A model generated the notes under the pieces. It was not told the DNA's origin. It worked only from the letters and a program-made list of their open reading frames with translations, and ran no database searches. This document shows positions 12,375 to 28,650 of a stretch of 64,000 bases of DNA, piece by piece (position 1 is the first letter of the stretch; each line of letters opens with the position of its first letter). This DNA is from the human T2T-CHM13v2.0 reference genome, Homo sapiens. The translations under genes were made by a program, and so were the position numbers. The stretch lies in the NCBI RefSeq assembly GCF_009914755.1, contig NC_060926.1; one strand, 5' to 3'.

Positions 12375-15300
12375 TCAGACAGTTGTTAACAGAAGACTGA
12401 TCTTTAGTTTTCCTTACAATATTAGGTATAGCATTCTCTCAGAGACCTGGTAGAAAGAAGTGATGTTCATCTTCTTGTCCTTTCTCAGTCTCTGTTTTTT
12501 ACTTTTTCTTTTATTTATTCAATAAGAATTTTAGTAACTTTTAGAATAAGACACTGTATTAGGTGCTGACTATTAGGGTTTCATTTTATCCTGCCCCAGA
12601 ATGCTTTTGAAAATCATGTGACTGGGTCTTGAGAGCCATGTTCTGCTTGTATTATAATTGCTTTTCTTTCTTATCGTTGTCATCATGTCCAAGACAAACA
12701 TGTGCCTTTCAGGCTGCAGACTCTAGGCAGTTGGGCCCACCAGGCAGTGAGGAAGCTTTAGGTGATTGTGGCTTTAGAAGGGTTTTCCTGCCAACCACCT
12801 CAGTCACATACAATTGTCAGGTGGCTGCATAGTCCGGAGTTTGTTGCTTGGCTAAGCAATAAATAGAGAAACTTTCCATTTTATATAATTGTTGTTACAG
12901 TTGTTTTGAAATTAAATATCATAATAGGACTCAGTCCACTGGCTACTACGAACAGCCTATGAAAAGTATTGGCCTTGTGCCCCAGGATGCTTTTATTCTT
13001 AAAGCAAACTGGAGTGTTACTTGCTGTTTGCCATTGGGGCCTCACTGAGAAATTGTGGAGGAGGCGATAAAGAGCCCATAAGTCCTGAGTTCCCTTTTCC
13101 AACTTATCCATGACCTTGGGTTAGTCCCTCAGTTCACTAGCTCAGTCCTTTCCCCTTGATCCCCCAGGAGAGTCACGAGGTTAGAGTGGCCAGCTCTTCT
13201 TCGTTGGGTGTGGTCAGGATTAATAAGCGCTTGTCATAGGCTTGGAGATCTTGGCCGAAAGGCCCAGCGCATGGGCAGGGCGCTTTGTTTGTTTGATGTG
13301 TCACTCTTTGGGGTGGGAGTAATGAAAGCCAAGATGACGGGTAGGGATAATGGCTTGTTTTATTCTGAAGGCCTGCAGCATATTTGTATTAGAAATATTG
13401 TTGGAGGAGTGGCTTAAGTAGCCTTAATAGCATTGCTAATTGATGTAGGTAAACTCAGTTTCATTTCCCCTTTCAGACCCCCAGCACTGACGTGATTTTA
13501 AGCCTTTGCCTGCCGCCAGAAGGGTGTTGTGCCATTTCTTAATGAGGCTGCTGTCTTTTTGAAGCTGATATCAGGCAGCAACTTCAAGCATGTGTTCTAA
13601 TTAAGTATCGAGGTTTTTTGCTTTCCCTGGCCAACTTGATGTTTTCTGTTTTTATTCTTAAAGTAATTAATGCCTCAGGGCAGCAAGAGTGAACAAGTGT
13701 ACATGCAGAATCCTGTATAGTTGGTTTTTTTTTTTACTGTTTTCTGAAAATATCTACTTTCTTTGCCCACTTTCTTGTTCTCATTTAGGATGCATTTGTT
13801 GATTTCTTTTTTTAATTGTAAGATTTATACTTGGCACATAATAATTGTACATATTTATGTGGTATTTGTTAATATGATTTCCAGTTCTTTCTCCCTCACA
13901 AACATAAGGGTTTATTGGAGCTATGTGGCATTTCCTCCCCTCCCCTTTTAGTGATCTCTAATGTACCCTTTTGGCCATGCCAGGATGAGTAAAACTGAAA
14001 ATCTGTCAACATCTGAATCTTACCTGTAGCTTCTGCTTCTCCGTTTGGAAATGATGATAGTTTGAGGATGTTTTGGGTTGAATTGTGAATGCTTTGGCTT
14101 ACATTCCACTTTGGGAAAAACACTGACGAAGCTAGGACCTATCTTACACTGGCCCTGTGTGCACTCCATTCATCACCATAAACATATGTCTGCCATTGTC
14201 ATGGAAACTTTCGGAAGTTTTGGAACTTGTGAAAATTTGTTCGTTTTCAAAGTGGTGGAAGAGAAGGAAGTTGCTTTTTGAAAAGCAGAAATGTCTCAGA
14301 AACAGGCCCTTAGTGGGATTTGTCTGCTGTGTAGACGTATTTCATTCCTTTTATTGTCCTTCCACAAAATTAGATTTGTTTGGGTAGTTAAGAGTCAGAG
14401 GTCTCTGGACAGGTTAAAGGCCATGAGGCGTTCACATTTCATTGTGAAATAATCAGTATTCTTCCTGATGCACAGCTGAGATTAGCTGCTTGAGGTAATT
14501 TTTGCAGAGAGAAGAAGCAATTGCCTTTGAAGCATTAAAAGATGGAGCTTTGGTAAGATGCTGAAGTTTAGGATTTGCAGGACAAGATGAGGGCACTGGT
14601 CTCCTGCAGAAGAGAGGCCTAGGAGCTGAGGGGAGGGGTGCATACAGCGAGATGGGAGAAAGATACACATAGACTCAGCTGGATCAACATTTTCTCTGGA
14701 GCCAGCGATGCAGCTTTGCAGGAATTCAGAACTGAGCCCAGCACATATCCGAGAGCCTGCTGTGGACAAGGCGTGGGCTGGATCTAGGCTCCTGCCACTA
14801 GTTCCGCAGGCCAGGTAGATAGTGGCATAAGTGTCCCCATTTGTGGGGACAGCCTGAGATCTTAAATATGACATCATGTTTTCTTAGGAAAAATGTTTTT
14901 ATCCCACTTTAAAAATGAACTTTGGGAACGCAATTTATAAATTGGGGCTATTTGTTCTGCAACAATTTCAGTATTTCCAAAACAAGCGAGTTTAGAATAG
15001 GCTGAACTGAATGGACTGCGCATCTTGGCCTAGAGTGTAATTTCTTGCCTGAGTTGTAAATCTTAAGAGTCTACAACAGCATTGAGATTTGCTGAGTGAT
15101 AAGAAGCAAGGGCCTCTCGAAGCCTGAAGATCTAAAATAAACAGAGGAAAAAGAAGTTAGGGAGAGAGAATTAACTTCTTTGAATGCCTGTTATATGCTA
15201 GGTGCTGTGCTAAGGTGCCTCACCTATGTCCATAGTTAGTGGGGCATGGCTGCCTGCCCAGCACCCATAAAAAGCACCCAGTACTCCATGCTATTACGTG

Positions 15301-15767
15301 CTTGGTGCTTGGACATCCAAATGAGGCCTTCTGAGGAAGCTAAACTCTAGACCTTGAAATGGATAGAAAACATTCTTGACAGGGAAGATTACTTAAAAAT
15401 GTAGGTATTACTATTAATAGAGCAACATTATGGACTCACTAATATAAATAAGAACACCTTTGCTAGTAAGAAATAATTTATGTTGGATTATATTATAACG
15501 TTTGAGTTGGATGAGTAACATTTAAGCACAGAGGAGAAATTATAAACTAAAAAGCTGCTGTATTGGAATCCAGTGAAAACCAGCCAGCTCTGAGGGAGGC
15601 CTGTGAGCCAGTAGGCACTAAAGGAGGGGATGTCTGGGGGTGGTGTAGGGACACCTTTGAGAGAGTCAGCTACCCAGTATGGCAGATGGGAAAACAGCTG
15701 CGGTCAAAGGAAATTGCAGGATTTCTCTGATCATCTGTGCATAGGTATGACCTTCATGAATAGTTAG

Positions 15768-16144
<377 letters not shown>

Positions 16145-19100
16145 TAAATCCTTACACTGTAAGGTGAATTATGTTGTAGCTTTCATTCACACATTTAATT
16201 TTAAAAATAGTTAACAGCAAGAACTTTCTGCCAGACACGTGCCAAGCTCCTGCTGGAGTAAGTGGCGTCAGAGAAGTAGATAGATGTAGAGTCTGACTTG
16301 GTTTTACTGTGTTGTGCATTCCACGCTAAAACACCCTGGAGATTTGGGCATTTCTCCTGAAGAACTGTTTTTGGAACTTGGTTGCTTTGGAAAGTCTTTA
16401 TCAAACCTTCGGAAGGAAGCTCTTTGTCCCAGTTTGTGAGCAGGTTGCTCGCAGAGAGATGGAACTTCGTCTTTTTCTTGATGGCGTGATCTTATCTCTG
16501 GGTGTGCCAGAGCCAATTTCAACATACTTTTGTCTCTTCCCAGTTCAGTCCCCGTCCATTTTTTCCCTTCAGTGTGCTGTCTCAGCCTGTGGAGAAGGGG
16601 AAGGGGCAGTCAGAGACAGGACAAAATCAGAGCGCCTTGTTCCCTGGGGGAAGAAAACCCTGTCAGAACAGAGGACGCTGTGCTTTTCATTATAATCTAT
16701 CAGCTATAAGAAGGAACTCCGAGGCCTTTGGAAGGATTGTCCTTTAGAGCCAAATGGTTTATGTCATGGAAAGGCTCATGTTACAAAGGAAAGAGGATTA
16801 AAGTAGAATTTGGAGCCCAGCTAAGTACCAAGAAGCTTTTCCATGAGGGAGCCTGTGTTTGGATGGGAAACCGGTATCTCTCTGTTTTGTCTCCTTGTCT
16901 CAGCAAAAGCTGATGGAGTTCTTGGTGAGGGATTATTGAGGCTTGTAGAGTCCATTCTGTAAAAGAGGGGTGTAACCATCCTGGTAACCTGAATGTAAGT
17001 CTTTCTGCTTGTGGGATGCAGGTTTATGAGTTTAATAAGTTTGTTGTTTTGTCTAAGCATAATATTTGGAATTCATTATGAGAATAATTTTCAGTTTGTT
17101 TGGACTGAACATATTGCTTGCATTTATCAGAATTCCATTCTAGTGAAGCACCCGTCAAGTCTGCCATTAAAATAAGGTGTTGCCACGTGTGGTTCCATTA
17201 GGCAGGGACAGGTTTGGTTTGTTTCACAACTTTAAATTTCCAGTGTGATGGGAGGAAGGAGCGGGGAGAGAAGTGAGTCAAACATCCTACTTGCGATTGC
17301 AAATGTAGGCAGGAGATTTAAAACTAAAGGGCATACTCCCTGGCCTAAATAGAAAAAGATGTCAGGAAGCACTGTTACTTTTAAAATGAAGGAGAAGAGG
17401 CTTTTAGTGTCTCGGCAGATTACGAAGCTAACTAGACTGAGATGGATTATTCATGCATTTCTATCCTTAAGACCCCAAGGAAAACTCAAGGTATAGCTGT
17501 GGAGGCATCTGAATTGAGATTCGTTTGATCCCAGGGATTTTTTCTTATGCAGTTTAGCAATACATAGCTATTAAAATAAACAATGAAATGTTTTTGTACC
17601 AGAATCGAGATAGTCACATTCCTTTATAGGGAATGAATAGTCTTTAGAGTTGTAGCTTGACCGGTATTGGAAATAACAAGAAAACTTCCTTGATTGGAAA
17701 TTTGTAGAGAATGCCTTTAATTAGCTGATACAGAATAAAGTCTTTATTTAGCAATTGGACATTTTGCTTTGACGAAGCTGCTGTTCTGGGGGTGATTGTG
17801 AGGATGATTTCTCCTAGAAACTTCTAATTTTTTTTTAAAGCTAAGTCTGTTGGACTTTGGCTTGAAAACATGTTCCATGCAGATGTAAAATAAGTACATC
17901 GAACCATGGCAGAACTTGGAATCCACAGGTAACAGAAGCGTACATTTGTCATCGCGCAGGCCGGAGGGTAAGGGCCAAGTGGAAGCTGTCTCTGGACCAG
18001 GGAGGGACTTGGCAGCTGAAGAAAGCTTTAGTTTGGTAGTGAAACTTGCGTTTTGTGAAACAGGTTTCAAGCACCCATGTCTATGTAGCCTGCATCTGGG
18101 CTGTCACTTGAATTCCTTTTTCTTTTTTTTTTTTTTTGGTCAAATTTTTCCCCTTCCTCCACCCTGTCACTGTCAAGAAACAATTGACTCCTCTATAGAA
18201 CTTTCTTTTTTGACAGCTTGTCACCTTAACCCTCCTTCTCCTAGGTCCTTCCTGGAAATTCTGTCGGTGGTAGCTTTCTCAAACTGTCTTTTCGACCAGT
18301 TTTGCTACTCGGAAACTAAAGCAGAGAGCTGGACTGTGACCTGCCATTATTAGTAGTAACTGAACTTACCCAGCATAGCAATTTCAAGGCGGCATGGGGG
18401 CTTGGAGTTCAGATTTCTTTTATGTGGAGCTCTTCTGCCCACAAGACCCTCAATCCTTTAGTAAATACAGGGCACTCCCTACATTAACTTAGGGATTTTG
18501 CTTTTAGCTTTTCCTTGTAAATGAAAGAGAACTTCTGATTGGAAGGCAGCCTGCCCGCCAGATCTTCCTTTCTGGCCCATGGGCCTGCCTGCCGTGTTCC
18601 GTGCCTGGTGAGGATGGAATGTGGCCTGTGTGCCTTGTGTCACACCTGCATCCAGTTCTGCATATTTCAGAGCAAACATTGTACTTGTTTGGAACAACAG
18701 GTGCCAAATCACTGTATATGCCAAGTGTCCTTAGGTTCACCAGCTCCTGCTTACAGGACCGTGACACAGGGGAGAACCGTGTGCAGGTACCTCCAGAGTG
18801 GTTTTTTTTTCTGTCTGTCTTTTTATCTCTGTGACTTTTTCCCTGGCTCCCTGCACTCCACAGAAACCAAGCCCACATGTGGGCGGTGTGGGAAGGTGGT
18901 GCTGAGGCAACAGCCAGGCTGCTGACTCGTCTTTGTTTTTCTTCAGGGAAACGCCCCACATAGATGTGGGAAGATTTCAAGTTAGTGCCTCTCTATTCCC
19001 ACATCTCTGTCCTCCCTGCCCGCCTCCTGCCAATTCTTTTTCTTTTCCCTTGATGGTGATTGGATAGCCTGAGAAATAACACAAATGCTGGCTGCCGCTG

Positions 19101-21506
19101 AAAGTCTTTTATTTCTTGGGGGGTAGCATTCTGCCCTGGGAGAGGCTGGTCTCCTCCCACCATCAGAGCAGGCGTGTTGGGGTTCTCTCAGTGGGAATGG
19201 GTTCTGCTTCTGAGTCTGTGACTCAGTCCCCAGTACCTTCTTGGGCCTCACGAATTAATGGAGCCCGCACACATGGAGGACTAGCAGGGGACCACAAAGC
19301 CCAGAGAGAAGGAAGGTCATCAGTGTTTGTTTGTTTATTTTGGGTTGGGGAAGGAATGCTATGATGATTAAGTGTCTGCTGTATCATTACTTAGTAAAAT
19401 GTTCCTGGCTAATTCAACTTTGATTTGTTAGTTTAAACTATTTCCCACTCTACTGACTTCAGTTGAATTCTATAACTGTATATAAATGTCTTAGAAAATG
19501 GTGATTTCATTCTCTTTAGTGCTGTTGGATTCGGAGTTAGAATAAACTACATTATGGACCTCACATTTTAATTTTGATTGTTAGATTTCTATGAACTGTC
19601 TTAGAGCAATCTTTTTGACTGATTTAGAGAATTAAATTAGAAATTTCCCTAGGGTTTCTACATTCAATTTAGTAGATAGGTTACTTTCTGAAATGATATG
19701 TCGGAATTTGACTAAGTTGAATTTAAATAAATACTAAGATGGGTTAAAATGATAAAGACTCCCAGAGGCAACTGGGCCTGTGTCCACGACCGCTGCTACT
19801 GTCTCATGGAGCCACATCACCAGCTGGACTCATGACTTATGTGAAGTCAAACAGGAAGTTTGGAACAGCCTAGCTATTTGGTTCGAAATGTAGAGACCTT
19901 TAATTTCATGCCTCATGACCAAAAAACAACCTGCTCAGAACCGTTTGGGGTTCGCCCTTTTCTCTAAGTTCATCTACTTCACCAAACAATTTTTCCACAA
20001 GGTGCTTCTCTGGCTCTCTATCCGTCACTGTGGCAGTGTGGTTTTGAGAAAAGAGCCTTGAGGTTGGAGTCAGGAGACTTGGGTCCTGGCCTTGGCTTTG
20101 TCACCTGTTTAACTGTGTGTCTTTTGCCATCTATATCTTCAAAGCCTGAGGCTCAATCACAGCTTGACACTGTCTCTTGAGTTCAAAGATATTGAAAGCC
20201 AGAGACTACGTGCTTTGTGATATTCTCGTGAAAGGTGAATGTTTTTAGGGTAGGCAGTGAGGATAAGTGCATTTTGGGAATGTAAAACTTTTTTCGGTGA
20301 CCAACTTTCTGAAGCATCTTCCACAGTTAAATCCACCTACATTACTTTTTTCTTTTCTTCCTTCTAGCAGATATTTTCTTGATATATTTACCAGGCAGTT
20401 GGAACTCACTTGAAGCTTTTGAGTTGGGCGTGATAATACACACATGACAGCAGGCGATACTGATGTGGGCCAGCAGGCACTCAGCTCTACGGGCTGGTGC
20501 TTCCAGAAGCCTGCTGTGGATCACCCTCTGATTCACAAAAGCAAAACACTTCCTCAAAGTTTTTATTTTCTCTGTCTCATTATTGACCAATTTGACTGTT
20601 TTCTAACATCCAGGAAATTCTATGCAAGGTGATCACTCTGTTGCTACCCTGTGGAAGAACTGGCTTAGGAAGTCATGTTGCAGGGAGTCAGCTTCCCGAA
20701 CTATACATTCATTCATTGAGCGAATTGTTCGTTGCACTTCTCTATGTAAGCACTGCAGAGGAATAAGAAAATGACTGAAGCATAAAGCCTGACCTCAGAG
20801 GAGATTACACTGTGTATTCTGGTCCATATTGTAAGTGAGGGTAAAAACATGCTCTTAAGATTTCCAGGGAAGTGGACTTTCAGCTGAGGGAATCCCCAAA
20901 GTCTTTGCTGGAGCTGCAGAATATTTTTGCAAAAGATGTTTGATTGGGTCGTATTTCTTTTTCCTTATCTTTCCCCTCATAGAGTCGCTGTTGTGAATGT
21001 AAGTGGAAAAGGGGCAGCTGGAACAGCTTAGTCCGAGGAGGTGCTTTCACCTTCTAAGGCCTGTGTAGTACAGAAGCAACAGCTGCAGACTTGTCTTCTG
21101 CAGCCCTAAGTCACAGAGGAGTCTGAAGTCACAGACATTACCACATCTGTAAATGCACCATTGAAGGGATAAACCTGTATTTGTCAAATAAAAATTGTTA
21201 GGTACCTGCAGCTTCTGTAACAGAAAGATAGTCACTGGAGATAGCAATTGAAAACTAAAAGTGAATACACACAATAGAAAACCAGGTCATAGCCTGTGAG
21301 GTGGGTTTATCTCTACCCTGGCACTTACCTTGTATATCTCAGTGTATCTCAGGCAGTCTCTAAATACCATAATCTTTTCTGAAATGATTCAGGGGATATA
21401 AATAGTCAACTTAAGTATTCAGCAAATATTTACTGTTCAGTATGTGTAAAATACTGCTTGGCATTTTGGATTCTACCCAGATGACCTAGGAGTTCAAGTC
21501 AGCTTA

Positions 21507-21883
<377 letters not shown>

Positions 21884-22403
21884 CTAAGTCTTGGTTTCCT
21901 CATCTGTAAAATGGGTCCAAAATAGTACCAATTTCATAGGTGTTTTTGAGGGTCAAAGAATGGTATAAAAGTAGCACAAATACCACAGCAGCATGTAGTT
22001 TTATTTGGCTGGAGTTCAGGAAAGTGAGTCATTCGTCCAGGAAACGTGTATTTCTTATTGGCCAGGCACTGCCAAGATGCTCTTGGAATGGAAAGATGAG
22101 TAATCCATGACCCAAAACTCAGAACTCAGTGGGAGGATTGCACTCTAGTAAGCGTAGGGTTGCAGGTGACACGAAGGAAGGGAACCTCACTTGGAATAGG
22201 AAGATTCGTCACACTTCTCAAGTGACCCTCGGCGGGGGTGGTGGTGGGGGTTCCTAAAGGATAGTGGGAACCAGGCTGGCATGCAGAACCCAGAATGAGC
22301 TGTGACCTTTGATGTCTTCTGAGCCAGGAGTGGTGGGGACTGCAGAGGAAGGCCCTGGGGTGCCCTCGCAAGGAGCTTGTCTCCAATCCATGGGGTCTGT
22401 GGA

Positions 22404-22496
22404 CCAAGGGTCTTGGGGTTGGAGGTTCGTTGAGGCTGTGTAATGTTGTGACCCCAAGGGTCTTGGGGTTGGAGGTTCTTTGAGGCTGTGTAATGT
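22404..22496 (+). repeat. Two-copy tandem duplication, 50-bp period
   Basis: ccaagggtcttggggttggaggttcKttgaggctgtgtaatgt at 22404 and 22454. Confidence 0.9.
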
Positions 22497-23232
22497 GTTT
22501 TCAAGTCAGTGATGAGACTTTTTAGTCAGAAGCGTATCCTGCATGCCACCAGAGTCAAATGCTGCCAGGAGACGTCAGTGCCAGGGTGTGCGCTTAGGTT
22601 TGGGGTTGAGGCCAGATAAAGGCCACATGAGGTCTTGGGGTGCTGGGTGATCAGACGTTTTGCAGTCATTTGAATAGAGTGGCATTTCTCAGACTCAGAT
22701 CTGGGTATATTTTTAGGGGTGAAGCAACTTTTGCCTTTTAAAGAGGATGTGTGTAGTATTCACATTTGGGAAATACTGTTACAGGTGGGGTACAAAGTAT
22801 GGCTGGAAAGGTGGATTGGAGTCACATAAATAGCTTGAATGCTAAGGAATGTTGTCTTTTTCACATAGACTGTGGTAAGCTACTGCAAATGTTTAGGAAT
22901 ACATTATTAAGATTCTGAAGTGACACTAATATTTGGCAATTGCCTAATATTAAGCAATCTGTCTCTTTTTCATTTCATTGCCTGATTTGTAGCCATTTTA
23001 TTGTTTAGGGGGTCCTCTACTAGAGGTTGGAAGAAAATGTTTAATTTCTGTAACTTTATATTAGCTCTTTTTATTGTTTGTGTTTATTTGGTGGGGGCAC
23101 TGTTATGTATTTATAAGTTTTATGAGGATTTGAAACTTGTTGAAATAAGATTTGGAGACAGTATGTAGATTTTGTATGCCCATCGTTTTTCTGTCTCTCA
23201 TTACTAGTATTTAATTCAGTACCATTTAATAA

Positions 23233-23552
<320 letters not shown>

Positions 23553-23760
23553 GGAATAAATTTTTAAAATGAACAACATCCCTGCCTTCAAGGGACCTAG
23601 GGAACTTACTAACTGCAGTGTTACAGGGACAGGAGTTAAACAGAGGTGAATGTTAAGGTTCTCACTCCGCCCTCCGTGTCCTTGATCCAGGTGATGACCT
23701 TGACCGAGGCAATGAGAGTATAGAGAAGTGGCCATTTCCCTAAAGAATCTCATAGTCTGG

Positions 23761-24122
23761 TGTATTAGTCCATTTTCATGCTGCTGATAAAGACATACCC
23801 GAGACTGGGTAATTTATAAATAAAAAGAGATTTAATGGACTCACAGTTCCATGTGGCTGGGGAGGCCTCAAAATCATGGCGGAAGGCGAAAGCCACGTCC
23901 TCCATGGCGGCCGGCGAGAGAGAATGAGAGCCAAGCAAAAGGGGAAACCCCTTATAAAACCATCAGATCTCATGGGACTTATTCACTACCACGAGAACAG
24001 TATGGGGGAAATCGCCCCCATGATTCAGTTATCTCCCACAGGGTCCCTCCCTCAACACGTGGGAGTTATGGGAGCTACAATTCAAGATGAGATTTGGGTG
24101 GGGACACAGCCAAACCATATCA
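23761..24122 (-). mobile_element. THE1 (ERVL-MaLR) solo LTR
   Basis: Minus strand starts TGATATGGTTTGGCTGTGTCCCCACCCAAATCTCATCTTG and ends ...GGACTAATACA; ~360 bp; near-TSD tctgg/tctgt. Confidence 0.9.
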
Positions 24123-24619
24123 TCTGTCCTCACAGGGAGTTTGAGGGAAGGAAAAAGCTACTTAGTCCAACTTGGTAAGTGGTAAAAGGGAGCTGTACAT
24201 AGAGTGCAGTGGACACAGCTGAGAGTGTGAGGGATTCCCTTTGGGCAGATGAGGGGATGGTGATGAGAAAGGGTGTATCCGTTGGTGCTGGATCTTTATC
24301 CATAAGGGAAATGTATGTCAGTAGACGATGGAGGAAAGGGTATTTTAAAATTCAGGGGCAGAGAAAATGAAGATCCCCAGAGTTTGGAAGTGCCTGTAAA
24401 GGAGATGTGAACGAGAATGGACATTTGGAGCTGGATTTTGGAAGGCCTTGAGAATTTGGATTCCTGCCTTCACACTGCAGAGAACCATTGAAGGCTATTA
24501 GTGGTTTTTCCTAGCTAGGCTCTTTCATTTTCCCAAGCACTGAGATGATGCTGCCTCGATGAGCACCTGTGACATCTCACTTGGTCTTATGAACTTACTC
24601 TATTTTAGTTTGAAAATCA

Positions 24620-25129
<510 letters not shown>

Positions 25130-25162
25130 TCATATTAGTCTTAATGGATCTAAATGTTCAAT

Positions 25163-25443
<281 letters not shown>

Positions 25444-27400
25444 AGTGCTCAAATTTTGAAATTGTTTTATTCTACTCAGTTGAGCAAACTATATTATGAA
25501 AGTCTTATGGAAATTATTTTCAGCATTATAGCAGCAACGTTACAAAACCATGTAAAATTCTACCTAAATTTCTCAGTGGAAAAAAAAATTAAGACTAATA
25601 TTTGGATGTTGGATTATTTTCTTATAGGTGAATGATAATACAGAATGAGTATTACTGTCATTGTGGTAATTTTTAAAGAGCAACAGCCTTTTTGCTAGTT
25701 CATGAAAAATACCCTGATATGTATTAAACATTTGCATCCCTTAGCTCCTAACTTCACCACTTGATGTTTTTGTAACTTTTGACTCATGGACTCCAAGTGC
25801 TTTGTTCATGCATTCTTTTCTGTGAATTAGGAGATTTAAAAATATTTCTATAATTTCTCTCCACAAATTAAATTCACTTGTTAAAGTTCACGTTCCTGAC
25901 TACTCTCTTTAGACTAGACAGTTAGCAAGCTTTACTGGAATTGTGTCTTGGTTTGTGGTGTTGATAAAAGCTCGAAAGGAGTGGGTGTGTTGGGGGTTTT
26001 ATAAAATTGATTCTCAGTTACTTTCCCTATACCTGCTGTGAAATGAACCTCTGATGGTGATCTGTGTTTTGAGCACACTGGGTTTGGTGGTTTGTTTTTT
26101 TTTTGTCTTTTTCCTCCTTGTTTTCTCTTTGAGGACTAACTTGGCAGACGCAGCCAGGTGTGAACAGCGCTTATGTGGCTGCCGCGGTGCTTCCTGGAAG
26201 AATCATTATAAATTCGTTCAAGATCTGATTTCTTGTTGGTTTCTGTGCTTGTGAGCATTTAGAATAAAAGTCTGTATCAGTTAATCCTTTGATTATGTAA
26301 ATCATTTTATTTTGTTTTCCTCTCATTTTCAAACTGAGGTTTGAAAACCAAAAAAAAAAAAAGAATTAAATATTTTGAAACATTCTAAGTGCATAAATTC
26401 TTGGTCAGGAATGAGGAACTGTCCTTAGAAAAATGGGCTAGACATTTAAAAAGGAATCTTGTAGAGCACCTTGGCCTGTTCAGCAGTTTATGTTTGTGGT
26501 TAGTTTTTTTCTCTTCCAATAATTTGGGTGGGAATAGTAGTTGCTCATCTTTTGAGATTAATGTTCTAATTATTTGAATACAAATGTTTTCTCTCAAAAT
26601 AATTGGGAAGGAAGTATGAAAACAGAAAAGGTCATCTTTTGAATTCTTAAAGTTTTATGTCAGAGATCTTCACATCTTTCTAGAGAAGGAAGGTTGTAAA
26701 TCATTCAGCCTACTCCGATTCTGAAATGGGGCTTTTTAAGTGTGCGTGCATTCCTGTATGTTTTATAGAGGAGGAGTTGGATGTGTGCTCATTCATCTTA
26801 CTTTTTACCTCTTTCCCATCCTCTGTAAAGATAGTGGAGTGTTTTCTGTAATCACAGTGATAATTTGTCTGCAGGATAGGAATGGTCCGAGCCTGGTTTT
26901 ACCTGGATTTGGGTGAACAGCCCTGTGGTCTTGCTCACTCGGGGCTGCCCATTAGGTAGAATCCATGGGAAGTGTTAAAACTGAGGAACAAAGTGTGCCC
27001 ATCTTGTTGCTCCCACTGGACCCAAGGGAGAGCTCTGGCTTGTGTTTCTACACTCGCCATATGTGTATGCCAGCAGCTTTTTAACATTAAACAAAACTGT
27101 TCAGTTGCAGACTAAAGAAGGCCACCCTCCTGACCATAAAGCTCCCCGGAAGCTGCACTTCTCCCTCAGAACTTACCTGGTCCCCTCCATGAGTGTGGGC
27201 TGGGCTGATAGGGACAGTGTGTTTCCACAGGCGAGTGACACATGGGCACAGCACACACTGGATGTCTTGCCAGGAAGTCGCTTATGCGGAAAGTGGAAAT
27301 ACTCAATTACAAACAGGGAAATACACCTCCTCCCTATTTACTCCATCGTGATGATGTAAGGATAAATTAATGTCCAAGCAACTTAGAGGATGGTTTAGAT

Positions 27401-27600
27401 CACTGGTCAGCAGACGACAGCTCTGAGGCGCGGGCCAGCTAGGTGCCTGCTTATATAAATCAAGTTTTATCGAAACACGACCACACTCATATCCGTGGCT
27501 GCTTTTACACTATTACTGCAGAGTCGAGTAGTTGCATATGACCTACGGATGTGAAAATAATGTCGGGCCCTTTACAGAAAAATAGTCGCTTCTGATTTAG
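27401..27600. mobile_element. MER58-like relic
   Basis: ...ataaatcaagttttatcgaaacacgaccacactcat...ggccctttacagaaaaa. Confidence 0.5.
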
Positions 27601-28273
27601 ATAAGGGTATGAAAAGATATTTTATATATCTACATTTTATTTATTCTTAGCTATACTTACTTACTACCCAGTATGCATTTTCCTCCTTTTATTAAAAGCA
27701 TGCAATAAGCATATGTTATGAGCCAGGCGTGAGACACAGAGATGATTAAGACAGGGTCTTCTCAAGGACATTGCCATTTAGTGAGGAAGACATCACATCA
27801 TGCTTTGTCCTGTGGTTCAGAGTTACAACTTCAGCCTTCAGCTGAACACACAAGTTCATCCACAAATGCAAATCCCTATGAAATCAAACATAACATGAGT
27901 AATAAAAATAAGCGGGAGAGTTTAATGTGTGTGTACTTGTTTATTTTTGTGGTTAATATCTTAAGAACTCTTGAGTATTTGAGGATTTGCATGACCTTAT
28001 TGAATAGCAGGGTTGAACAAAATGGCTTTAACCTAGATCTTTCTTTTGATTACATGAATATTCTTATTTGATAGGGCTATGCCTCTGTAAAAATTTTGTT
28101 TAATGTTAAAAACTTGCTGGCATACATATAAATACATATAAAAATATCTTAACTCTTTAAGGAAAGGAAACCATGTATTGGAACTTGCTTTAATAATCTC
28201 AGAGTTTTGGAGCCAAGGTAGACCTTTTGTGGATCACAGTGTATAAGCAGCTAGAAGACTAATCACGTTACCG

Positions 28274-28650
28274 CAGTGGTTTCTATCTTGGCCAATCACT
28301 CGAATTACTCGAATTTGGTAGGAAGCACCAAAAAAAACAGTCCCAGCATCTCAAACCCATTCCAGGACAATGAAATCAGAATCTCTGGGGTGTAGCCAGG
28401 ACATCTGACATCCGTATGTTTTAAAGTCCTGCCAGGCGATTCTAATTCAGTCAGAGTTGTGAGGCACTGTTGTACAGACAGGATTCTGAAACTTTAGTGT
28501 GCATAGAATTAGCTGGAGAGCTTGTTAACCTCCCGCTTCACTCTCCCTGAGTTTTCGGATTCAGTGAGTCTGGGGTGGGCACCAGGATCTTCATTTCCAA
28601 CAAGTTCCCTCGTGCTGATGCTCCTGGCATCACACTTTGAGAGCCATTGC
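28274..28650. mobile_element. Two adjacent MER5-like hAT relics
   Basis: cagtggtttct...aatcagaatctctgggg and ...gattcagtgagtctggggtggg...cacactttgagagccattg. Confidence 0.6.

Noticed and set aside
23853-23865. Possible PRDM9 hotspot 13-mer in the THE1 LTR
   Set aside because: The minus strand reads CCTCCCCAGCCAC and lacks the T at position 7 of CCNCCNTNNCCNC, so it is the non-hot version.
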